A DNA stretch of 32,874 nt. It comes from a bacterium. GTDB lineage: Bacteria; Hinthialibacterota; Hinthialibacteria; Hinthialibacterales; Hinthialibacteraceae. The stretch covers positions 1 to 32,874 of the forward strand of contig CAXXSM010000065.1 of the NCBI GenBank assembly GCA_963663405.2, in the 5' to 3' direction. Both the position numbers and the translations under genes were made by a program. Position 1 is the stretch's first letter; the number at the start of each line of letters is the position of its first letter. The notes under the pieces were generated by a model. The model worked only from the letters and a program-made list of their open reading frames with translations. It was not told where the DNA came from and made no database searches. Below are positions 10,153-20,593 of this stretch, piece by piece.

Positions 10153-10956
10153 TTCCATACATTGCGAGATCTCCGTCGCCGTCATTCCATCGTCATCGGA
10201 TTGCTCAACTTGCTTGTTCCCCTGGATGAAAAGATAGCGGCCTAATTCAACTAATTCATCGGCATGGCCCTTTTTTAAAAGCGCTTCAAATTTTCGCTCG
10301 ATTTCAGAATAATCTGGGATGCTTGATTCCCCTGACCAGTGATTGCTCCAGGCCGGTTCATCGGTTATTTCATCGATGTCCGCCCGAATGGATTGGCATA
10401 ATTGATCGATATTTCCTTCAACGAGATTCATTCGATCGGTAATCTTGTTGCGCAATTCCGGATGTTGGTCGATCAAATCAAGAATCCATTCCACCAATTC
10501 GGCTTTTTTCTTTTTCTCTAAAAACGTTCTGAGCGTTTTTGTGGACGATTGCTTAGTCGTATTGAATGTTGAATAAATCTCGTCTTCGTCATCCCCGTCA
10601 TCACTCCATCCATCCTCAAGGCATCCCAACCGGGGATCGTTCGCTTGAGTTGGTTTGATTGTTTTCTTCTCTTTGATTTCGTCGAGATAAAGTAAAATAA
10701 CCGCAACAGCATGCTTGCATGGTCCCCAATCGTAGGGACACGTGCAGTCACACGCCAGCTCGTTTTTTTCGATCCAGACATGAGTGGCGTATTTCTCGGT
10801 TCCCCATACCCATGCCAGCAGCCCTCCTTTTTCCGTTAATCGTAAATCCTCGACTTCGGATTTATACGAACGTCCCCGGTTGACGATTTTTGATCCTGAT
10901 CAGGAATCAAGATCATCCCATTTGATGTCCTCGAATTTTAATCTCTTTTTTGACAT
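10153..10956 (-). pseudogene. N-terminal part of SWIM zinc-finger protein (IS-interrupted, in-frame TGA at codon 19)
   Basis: MSKKRLKFEDIKWDDLDS*SGSKIVNRGRSY...CDCTCPYDWGPCKHAVAV (SWIM CxC-xn-CxH motif); TGA at 10900-10902; same frame as ORF 10120-10629. Confidence 0.85.
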
Positions 10957-11140
10957 TATAATTTCCAGCAAGTAGTGAATTGTTTTCGTTGAATATCTTT
11001 AATTTACTGTATAAATCGGCTATAGCCAAGAAACAAGATCATGCCAAAATAATATAAGTGGACGTTCAAATCACACTTTCGCGCAGACGCATATGGTTGT
11101 TCCAAGAACAGATTCAGATTATTAGGGGGCAAATAGATGA

Positions 11141-11167
11141 GGGCATCAGCTTATTGGGCTGAGGGCC
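11141..11167 (+). repeat. tRNA-Gly anticodon-stem mimic 1 (possible integrase core-type site)
   Basis: GGGCA-TCAGC-TTATTGG-GCTGA-GGGCC; compare the att fragment TTCCCAA-GCTGA-GGGTC. Confidence 0.6.
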
Positions 11168-11235
11168 AACTATACAAAAAACCTCATTTGAACCATTTCT
11201 CATAATAGTATTGTTCAATAAGAACGGTAGTTTTC

Positions 11236-11255
11236 GTCCACCCTCTGTCCACCCT
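11236..11255 (+). repeat. Tandem direct repeat, putative integrase arm-type sites (left arm)
   Basis: GTCCACCCT at 11236-11244 and 11247-11255. Confidence 0.75.
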
Positions 11256-11384
11256 TTAGGGGGATTTTAAGGGCTAGAAAGGGTGTTTAAGGGTATCATT
11301 CCATTTTTTTCTTGGTCTCAGAAAGGCTTGATAATACCTGATTTAGAACGATCTTCCGCGTAGTTCCACCATTGCCGCCTTCTA

Positions 11385-11426
11385 TTCCCAAGCTGAGGGT
11401 CGCGGGTTCGAACCCCGTCTCCCGCT
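11385..11426 (+). other. 3' half of tRNA-Gly(CCC): att core for a tyrosine-integrase element, not a functional tRNA
   Basis: Loop TTCCCAA, stem GCTGA, variable loop GGGTC, T-arm GCGGG-TTCGAAC-CCCGT, acceptor strand CTCCCGC plus discriminator T. No 5' half upstream and no CCA. Confidence 0.9.
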
Positions 11427-11478
11427 TACTGATTTTGTTAGACTTATAGCATTTTTTGAAAAGTTCTTTTTTATCGTC

Positions 11479-11499
11479 ATCCACCCTCCTGTCCACCCT
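11479..11499 (+). repeat. Tandem direct repeat, putative integrase arm-type sites (right arm)
   Basis: ATCCACCCT at 11479-11487 and GTCCACCCT at 11491-11499; same motif and orientation as the left pair. Confidence 0.75.
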
Positions 11500-11601
11500 T
11501 TTCCAAAATATTGAATCAAAAATCACCAATCTCTCATTGTGAAGTTTTCATTAATTGCATACAAATCAGGAAGTTATAAATTTCAATGATTCCGGGTTGA
11601 C

Positions 11602-11630
11602 TAGAGCATCAGCTCAATGAGCTGGAGGTT
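11602..11630 (+). repeat. tRNA-Gly anticodon-stem mimic 2 (possible integrase core-type site)
   Basis: TAGAGCA-TCAGC-TCAATGA-GCTGG-AGGTT; TAGAGC resembles the 3' side of a tRNA D-arm. Confidence 0.6.
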
Positions 11631-11670
11631 CCCTTAAGAAACTATGAGTAGAAATTAGAGTTATTTATCT

Positions 11671-13428
11671 CCTAAATTGAGCGATTCTTCTTGAAAAATA
11701 TTCACTTTAAATGAAATTACAAAGATCAACTATGTTGTTTGATAAATGTAAGTTAAATTTCATTGAAAATCCAGTAAGTAAAGAACGTGTGAGTGAAATG
11801 TTGGGTATGAACAAGAGTCGTCGAGTGGAAATTTACAGCCTATAGGCGCACTTATCCTGTTACATTGGCAGGTCTTCAAGATGGAATTATCTTTTTTTTT
11901 ACTTAGGTCCAAACAAATTGAGGGGGATTCTTACATCGGTCCCAGAGTATATCGAGTTGGAGATCGTTCCAAGTGGCCTGAGTGAACTTGATCCATATCT
12001 CTCCACTCTTTCGAACAATCTTTGAAGCGATATCAATTACTTTTCGTCGGAAAGTCGACGCATACGTTTCGAGAGGCAAGATCGCCTCACATGTATCTGC
12101 TTTGAAACATTCGTATAAAAAGTGAGAGACAACCATTGTGTAATAGTAGGCGGCATTCGGAGCGAACCGCTGGAACGGTAGGGCCTCGAAGGCAAAGTTC
12201 TTGAAGGCGCGATGGACTAGTTCATCCCGTCCCCGTCCATGAGCGCATTCGAGGATCTTTTCGGTCTGGATGAGATCCTGCCGACCAACGAATAGGAGTT
12301 GTTCGTCAATCGACTCACCTTGCCCCAAGTTGGTATAGAGTATCGTCAGGGGACGAAACGCGTCAAACACTCGCTGCGGATCTTCCGGGGTGAAGCGGCA
12401 GAAAATGGCGCGGCGCGATTTTGACCAACTCGCTCGCCGATCCTCCATCTCGTAATAATCCCATCCGTCTTTCCCATTGGTATACTTTTTCCACTCTTCT
12501 TTCTCCAGGCTTTCGGCATAGTCCGAAAGGTCTTCGTAGAGTTTCCCCCCACAGATATACCCGACCTTCAGCGCTTCAAATTCCTGGAAGAGTTTTTCGT
12601 CGAAAAATCCTCCATCCAGAAGAAAGACGATGGCTACGTCTTTCCGATATTTTTTCCGGATGAGTTTCACGATTTCTCGCGCCATGTTGGCCACCGTCTC
12701 TCCATGGTTGCAATGTTTCTTGCCTCCACGGAACACCGCATCTATAATCACTCGCTTCCACGTCATCTGCAACGGGTGAAAGCCTTTCTTTTTTTTGTAC
12801 GTCGGCTGCACTCCATCCCGCTTGCTGGCTTCGTCGTTGTCCATCACCATTGAATCGATTCCGAGATAAATGACTGGTGGATTCTCCAACCGCAACCGCC
12901 ACAGGAACAGTTGCTTCAACAGTTTGCGAAACGCCCAAACCAGGGGCATGGAAAAGGCTTTAAAAAATCGTTTGACGCTGTGAGAGGAGACCATCTCCTC
13001 CGACGTCAGTTCGAGACTGGCGGTATAGCCTTGATCCGTTTTCAATTGGTCAAAGTAAGTCAAATGGCGGCTCATGCCATTCATTAAATTACAGATCACT
13101 TGTTTTAAGATGGTTTCGATTGACTGTCCTTTTTTACTTTTTCGGATGGAGCCAAATAGCATTCCTAAGACAGAAAGAATTTGTATGTTTTCAATATACT
13201 TTGAAAAGAAATTGAGTCCTCCTCGCGAAGTCAGCACATCGGAGGTGACTCCAATTTTAGTGATCTTAGCCGGATTTCGTTTCGATTTTTTCTTGGAACG
13301 CGCCATTGATTTCCCTCACCCAATAGGTTAGATTAAATTATGAATGCCATATATGTATAACGTATGAGAAATCAAAGCGTTACGCAGTTTTTTATCAGTA
13401 TTATTCACACATAATCGCTCAGCTTAGG
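11671..13428 (-). mobile_element. IS1380 family insertion sequence, 1758 bp
   Basis: IRs CCTAAATTGAGCGATT (11671-11686) and CCTAAGCTGAGCGATT (reverse complement of 13413-13428), 14/16; 5-bp TSD TATCT at 11666-11670 and 13429-13433. Confidence 0.92.
11903..13306 (-). CDS. IS1380 family transposase
   Basis: LTSRGGL, GIDSMVMD, YKKKKGFHPL, FRGG, LDGGFFD, HGRGRDELVH and LPFQRFAPNAAYY motifs. Confidence 0.9.
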   Translation of the reverse strand: MARSKKKSKRNPAKITKIGVTSDVLTSRGGLNFFSKYIENIQILSVLGMLFGSIRKSKKGQSIETILKQVICNLMNGMSRHLTYFDQLKTDQGYTASLELTSEEMVSSHSVKRFFKAFSMPLVWAFRKLLKQLFLWRLRLENPPVIYLGIDSMVMDNDEASKRDGVQPTYKKKKGFHPLQMTWKRVIIDAVFRGGKKHCNHGETVANMAREIVKLIRKKYRKDVAIVFLLDGGFFDEKLFQEFEALKVGYICGGKLYEDLSDYAESLEKEEWKKYTNGKDGWDYYEMEDRRASWSKSRRAIFCRFTPEDPQRVFDAFRPLTILYTNLGQGESIDEQLLFVGRQDLIQTEKILECAHGRGRDELVHRAFKNFAFEALPFQRFAPNAAYYYTMVVSHFLYECFKADTCEAILPLETYASTFRRKVIDIASKIVRKSGEIWIKFTQATWNDLQLDILWDRCKNPPQFVWT

Positions 13429-13517
13429 TATCTGAACATACCTTTATTTATTGGAGATGATGTTTGCATAAGGTCCTTTGGATAAATCTTTAGACTTACT
13501 CACAACAAATCTCTTAA

Positions 13518-13895
13518 TCATTTTGACGGGACAGATTGGCTTGAATCAGGGATTTTGCCTGCGAGCAAAGAAAGCATGGTCTTTCCATATCTCTTACCAA
13601 ACATTCTCGATCCTTCTGAATTGAAATGCAAGCGGTCTGGATGGCATGCGCAAACCGCAGAAGATATCACATAGTTCTTCATCCACCCGCGTTCTGGATT
13701 GTCAAAATCAGCCATGACCTGAAAACGTGGATCGGCGGTTCGGTCTACCTCATCCATTTTTCCTCCATTCTCCATGTTGGATTGACCAAAACAAAGGAAA
13801 ATATAAAAATTCGGATCGGGATCGGCGAACACCCTGACTGAGAACAAGCCCAGGGCTATCAGTACAAGTAAAGTTTGTTTTATTTTCTGTACCAT
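13518..13895 (-). pseudogene. CE6/SASA-type acetylxylan esterase with a large in-frame internal deletion
   Basis: Signal peptide and DPNFYIFLCFGQSNME (catalytic Ser) are joined after about 30 aa directly to the C-terminal YVISS..C..DRLHF..G.R..GKRY. The central HQGE block is absent; only 125 aa. Confidence 0.8.
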
Positions 13896-13927
13896 TGCGC
13901 GCTCCAATAATTTAGAGTAAGAAAATA

Positions 13928-16321
13928 CTACTTTGCTTCCGGAGCGCCTGGCTTGAGCAGACGCACATCATACAACCCTCCAGCGAGCCACCGTTTTACG
14001 GAAAACCGAACCGTTAGCCGACTAGTGCTTGCATTTACTAGGATTTCAGAGGGAATCGCATACCGCTTTTCAATAAAACTGTTTGGTTTTTCCCCGGTCA
14101 ATTTCTGTGTAGCGATCACGGTTCCGTTAACCAGAATATCGAATTCCCGGCCCCGGTCGTCACCGGAATACGTTACGGACAAGGTCACCTCTTTTTCGCC
14201 TTTCGGATCAAGAGTGTATTGAATCCAGGCTCCATGCCGCCAGCGTCGACCATTGTGAGTTCCCGACTCCATTCCTTCGCCTTTCAGGTCATGCTCCACT
14301 TCGGGTTGCTGTTCTCCCACAGCGACAGCGTCGAGTGTAGCGGCTTCGAGTGCGGCGCGGGCACGTTCCTGAGCGGCGATTTTTTCTTTGCGGGCCTTGA
14401 TCTTTTCAGCACTGGTGAGTTCCCAGTACATCTGGTAACGTCGTTCGTTTATTCTGAAGAATGGCATCAAAGGTATGCCCTTGGATTCAGGTGGCTCGAT
14501 CACATCTTTAATACGGAAGTGAAGCGATCCGGCAGCCACATCGGGAAAAATATGATTGAGAAGTTCCTTTTCATTGGTCAGCAAGGTCGGAACTTGATCG
14601 AGTGGTCTCATCGGGCCATTGGCAACGTGAGCCATTCGGCCTTCGTCAGCAAACAATCCCTCCAATTGATCTGTCCCGTCAGGCTTGGCAAGTACAATCG
14701 GGCCATTCAGGATAGCCACCCAATCAGAACCGTCAGGCAGACGCTCTACGTGCGTGCGCATGGGGAAGTCCACATCCACTGTATCGCCATCTTTCCACTC
14801 CCGTTGAATCGCGGCGTATGAAGAGGGGGCTGATTTGATTTCTACAGTTTGACCATTGACCTTGATTTCAAAACCACTGGTATCGGCCCAGGCTGGATGG
14901 CGGACGTGCAGTGTGAAACGCGTAGGTTTTTCAAGTTGAAGACGCAACTGTGTACGCTCTTCATCCGGGAATGTAGTCTCCTGCTTCAAAACCAATCCTT
15001 TTTCAAGTACAGAAAGTTTGGAGGAGATGAATAGATTGACATACACTCCATCTTTGGCCTGGGCATAGATGAACTCGCCGTACCGACCTGGATTTTCCAT
15101 ACCGGTTCCCACGCAACACCAGAATGCATGTTCAGGCTGTGAATATACCCGGTAATGGTCCGGACGGATTGAAGTGAAGTAAACATAACCGGGCTTTTCA
15201 GGATGGATCGAAGCCAGGATATGATTGTAAAGAGCGCGTTCGTAAAAGTCAGCATAAGCGGCTTTGGGTTCCGCCTTAAACAACTGCTCCGTTAGTCTGA
15301 GCATGTTGTAGGTATTGCAGGTTTCGGGGCCTTGTCGATGTTCAATAACTCTGCTGAAATCACGGGGATCGTTGAAATGCTCGCTGACGCTATTACCGCC
15401 AAAAGCCAGACTGCGATGCTTCGCTACTGTGTCCCAGAAGAACGTAGCGCCTGTGTGTAGTGTTTTATCATGGGTTAGCGCCGCGATACGCTCCATTCCT
15501 ACAATCTTAGGAATTTGAGTGTTGGCATGGAGGCCGGTAAGCCGGTCTTGATGATTTTCCAGTGGTACGAAAACAGCCTTGTGGTTAAAGCGTTTAGCCA
15601 GTTCAATGTATTTTTGCTCTCCGGTAATTTCATAGATATCGGCCAACACTTCGTTCATACCGCCATATTCAGTGTCGAGCATTCGCTGCATTTGTGCGTC
15701 GGTTAGACCGGATGTGACCTTTTCACACCAGTCTCCAAAGTGAATGAGCAGACCGCGAGCCGCTTCGGCGCCTCCGAGGAGATAGGCGTCCCTGAGTCCG
15801 GCAAACATTTTATGTAGGTTATACCACGGAACCCATTTTCTTCGTATCGCTTCGATTTGTCCCTCAGCGATACGGCTCCATAGTTCTTTACTACCAGGGA
15901 CTCCTCCGATGTAACCGTCCCCGTTGTTTTTTTGAATTTGATCAAGTTCAGCGATCATTGCTTCAAGGCGACGTTGAAGTTCTCCGTCTGGATCAGCCCC
16001 CGATGCTATCATGAGTGAAATCGCGGAAAGATAGTGACCTGCGGTATGCCCGTCGAGCCCCATGCTCTCCCAGTTGCCATACGGTTTCGCCTTGGCATCC
16101 AATCCCGCTTCGCGGCGGAATGGCGCAAGCAATCGGTCTATATCATGTGCCAACAGATATTGTCGATTGATTTCTACTGCTTTGGAAAATGGACTTTCAA
16201 GTAAGCGCACGTCTTTCAACGGGAAGAGTTGAACTGCTTGAAATTTCTCGATTTGTTCGGCAAAGCAGTTCACTACCAATATGACAGCAAACAGTGTAAC
16301 AATCATTATTTTCATCTTCAT
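13928..16321 (-). CDS. GH127/GH146-type beta-L-arabinofuranosidase, secreted, with C-terminal beta-sandwich domains
   Basis: GHTAGHYLSA, PWYNLHK, EYGGMNE, HANTQIPK, ETCNTYNML and FWCCVGTG motifs; signal peptide; 797 aa intact. Confidence 0.9.
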   Translation of the reverse strand: MKMKIMIVTLFAVILVVNCFAEQIEKFQAVQLFPLKDVRLLESPFSKAVEINRQYLLAHDIDRLLAPFRREAGLDAKAKPYGNWESMGLDGHTAGHYLSAISLMIASGADPDGELQRRLEAMIAELDQIQKNNGDGYIGGVPGSKELWSRIAEGQIEAIRRKWVPWYNLHKMFAGLRDAYLLGGAEAARGLLIHFGDWCEKVTSGLTDAQMQRMLDTEYGGMNEVLADIYEITGEQKYIELAKRFNHKAVFVPLENHQDRLTGLHANTQIPKIVGMERIAALTHDKTLHTGATFFWDTVAKHRSLAFGGNSVSEHFNDPRDFSRVIEHRQGPETCNTYNMLRLTEQLFKAEPKAAYADFYERALYNHILASIHPEKPGYVYFTSIRPDHYRVYSQPEHAFWCCVGTGMENPGRYGEFIYAQAKDGVYVNLFISSKLSVLEKGLVLKQETTFPDEERTQLRLQLEKPTRFTLHVRHPAWADTSGFEIKVNGQTVEIKSAPSSYAAIQREWKDGDTVDVDFPMRTHVERLPDGSDWVAILNGPIVLAKPDGTDQLEGLFADEGRMAHVANGPMRPLDQVPTLLTNEKELLNHIFPDVAAGSLHFRIKDVIEPPESKGIPLMPFFRINERRYQMYWELTSAEKIKARKEKIAAQERARAALEAATLDAVAVGEQQPEVEHDLKGEGMESGTHNGRRWRHGAWIQYTLDPKGEKEVTLSVTYSGDDRGREFDILVNGTVIATQKLTGEKPNSFIEKRYAIPSEILVNASTSRLTVRFSVKRWLAGGLYDVRLLKPGAPEAK

Positions 16322-16386
16322 GTTGATACTCCTATGTGATTACACGATTCATAACATAATCAAATTTAAACAATATATAAATCAGT

Positions 16387-16411
16387 GATGGGTCGGCAAG
16401 TGCGACCCATC
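16387..16411. terminator. Intergenic stem-loop between the GH10 and GH127/146 genes (weak terminator or mRNA-stabilising hairpin)
   Basis: GATGGGTCG-gcaagtg-CGACCCATC, perfect 9-bp stem; no clean U-tract. Confidence 0.5.
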
Positions 16412-16454
16412 CATCAGAGAATTCTATATTGTTAAAAAAATGCAGTAATCAAAT

Positions 16455-17573
16455 CTATTGGTTATCCTGTACCGATTTGACTACCGCGTGGAACGCCTCT
16501 TTGGGTTGGTAACTCCGATCAAACAATAAGGGAGAGCCACCGATCCAGGATGCGCCATCATAGATGCCCCAAAATGTAACGCGTGTAACATCGTCTTTGT
16601 GTTTGTTCAGGATCGAAAAAATCTCGGTATATTTCTCTGCAACTTTTTTCTGAGTTTCCTCCGAGTTTGCATCCGGATCACTTGTACTCTGCCGGTTCAC
16701 CCGACTGATATCGGCGCCGCGATATCCTCGCCGCCGTGTTCGGATATCCAATTCCGTAATCATTACTTTGACGCCGGTTGCAGCCAGACTGGTGATCGCG
16801 TATTCAAGACCTTCTGCGCTTGGGTACTCCAATCCCCCATGCAGTTGGATACCAACAGCATCGATGCGGATGCCCTTGGACTTTAAATGCTTTACGATCT
16901 CGACCGCTCCATCGGTTTTCTTTTTTGAGGTTTCCAAACCGTAGTCATTGTAGTATAACTCAGTGTCGGGATCGGCTTCATGAGTCCATTGAAAAGCTTT
17001 TTCGATGTAATCGTATTTCTTTTCTTCAGCGCCTTCACCGATGATCTCTAGCCATTTGCTTTTCCTTAGCGAACCGTCGCCTTCCAGTGCCTCATTGACA
17101 ACATCCCAACCCTTGATTCTGCCTTTATAGCGACCGACAACCGTATCGATATGATTCTTCATGCGATTTAAAAGCGCGTCTCTTGTCAGATCGCTTCCCC
17201 CATCGTCAAGAAAAACCCAGCGCGGAACCTGACTATGCCATACAAGGCAATGGCCTATGGCTGCCATTTTATTTTTCTCGCAGAACTCCATAAACTCGTC
17301 AGCCGGTCCCCAGTTGTATTGGTCGATCCGGGGATAAATGCGCTGCCATTTCATGGCGTTTTCTGCAGTCGCTGTATTAAAGTGTTTTTCAGCGAGCGCC
17401 GCCGCATTGGGATCTCGTCCTGCAATCACCCATCGATTCATCGCCCCGCCTATGAGGAAGTGATTCTTGAATACTTCTTTTAACACGGGGACATCCTGTT
17501 CAGCCGCATTTGAAAGTGCGCAATTCAAGAGGATCAATGCGCTCATTATTGTGATAATTCGTTTTCTTTTCAC
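16455..17573 (-). CDS. GH10 endo-1,4-beta-xylanase, secreted
   Basis: ENAMKW, GHCLVWHSQ, WDVVNE (acid/base), YNDY, GIQLH, ITELD (nucleophile), VTFWG; signal peptide. Confidence 0.95.
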   Translation of the reverse strand: MKRKRIITIMSALILLNCALSNAAEQDVPVLKEVFKNHFLIGGAMNRWVIAGRDPNAAALAEKHFNTATAENAMKWQRIYPRIDQYNWGPADEFMEFCEKNKMAAIGHCLVWHSQVPRWVFLDDGGSDLTRDALLNRMKNHIDTVVGRYKGRIKGWDVVNEALEGDGSLRKSKWLEIIGEGAEEKKYDYIEKAFQWTHEADPDTELYYNDYGLETSKKKTDGAVEIVKHLKSKGIRIDAVGIQLHGGLEYPSAEGLEYAITSLAATGVKVMITELDIRTRRRGYRGADISRVNRQSTSDPDANSEETQKKVAEKYTEIFSILNKHKDDVTRVTFWGIYDGASWIGGSPLLFDRSYQPKEAFHAVVKSVQDNQ

Positions 17574-17606
17574 GGACTACTCCCATTCTTCAAGTAAGAT
17601 GTGCAT

Positions 17607-20182
<2,576 letters not shown>

Positions 20183-20593
20183 TAGGAATCTCCTTTTGAG
20201 GGGTTTAGTTTTTAAAAGTCGATCCACTACTCATGAAAGTTCCAACACTCAAAAAACGAATGAGATAGCGAACAATCCATAAAATATCACATTTGAAACG
20301 TCAATTGATAGGTGAAAGCATTGGAATTTCTTAATATATCTCATCAAACTGAAAGTGAAATGCAATGAGAATCATTTACTAATTTATAACAAAAAATACA
20401 TATCCAATACACATTGCAATATTAACTGGTATTTTCTAGATATTTGGCAAATATCATACGGAAACTGAAAATTGAACATTTATGGGATGAATCGAGTTTC
20501 ACGATTCTCGTTTATATAGAGAATTTGCAACTTTTTCTATACAATCGAAGACAAATAAAAGTAATCTTTTTGAAAGGTGTCCGGAATATCACT

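Noticed and set aside
10900-10902. Alternative genetic code or selenocysteine readthrough
   Set aside because: TGA terminates other genes here (e.g. 4438, 28112), TGG is used freely for Trp, and the position is not a Cys ligand.
11340-11430. Complete tRNA gene
   Set aside because: Sequence upstream of 11385 cannot form an acceptor 5' strand, D-arm or anticodon 5' stem; only the 3' half is present.
11236-11499. CRISPR array or iterons
   Set aside because: Only two pairs of 9-bp repeats, no regular spacers, and no cas or rep gene in the window.
11296-11529. 77-aa ORF containing KRETGFEPATLSLG
   Set aside because: Typical antisense translation of a tRNA T-arm, lying over the att site.
20230-20590. 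Specific operator in the divergent CAZyme promoter region
   Set aside because: AT-rich with only weak partial palindromes; no repeated motif convincing enough to call.
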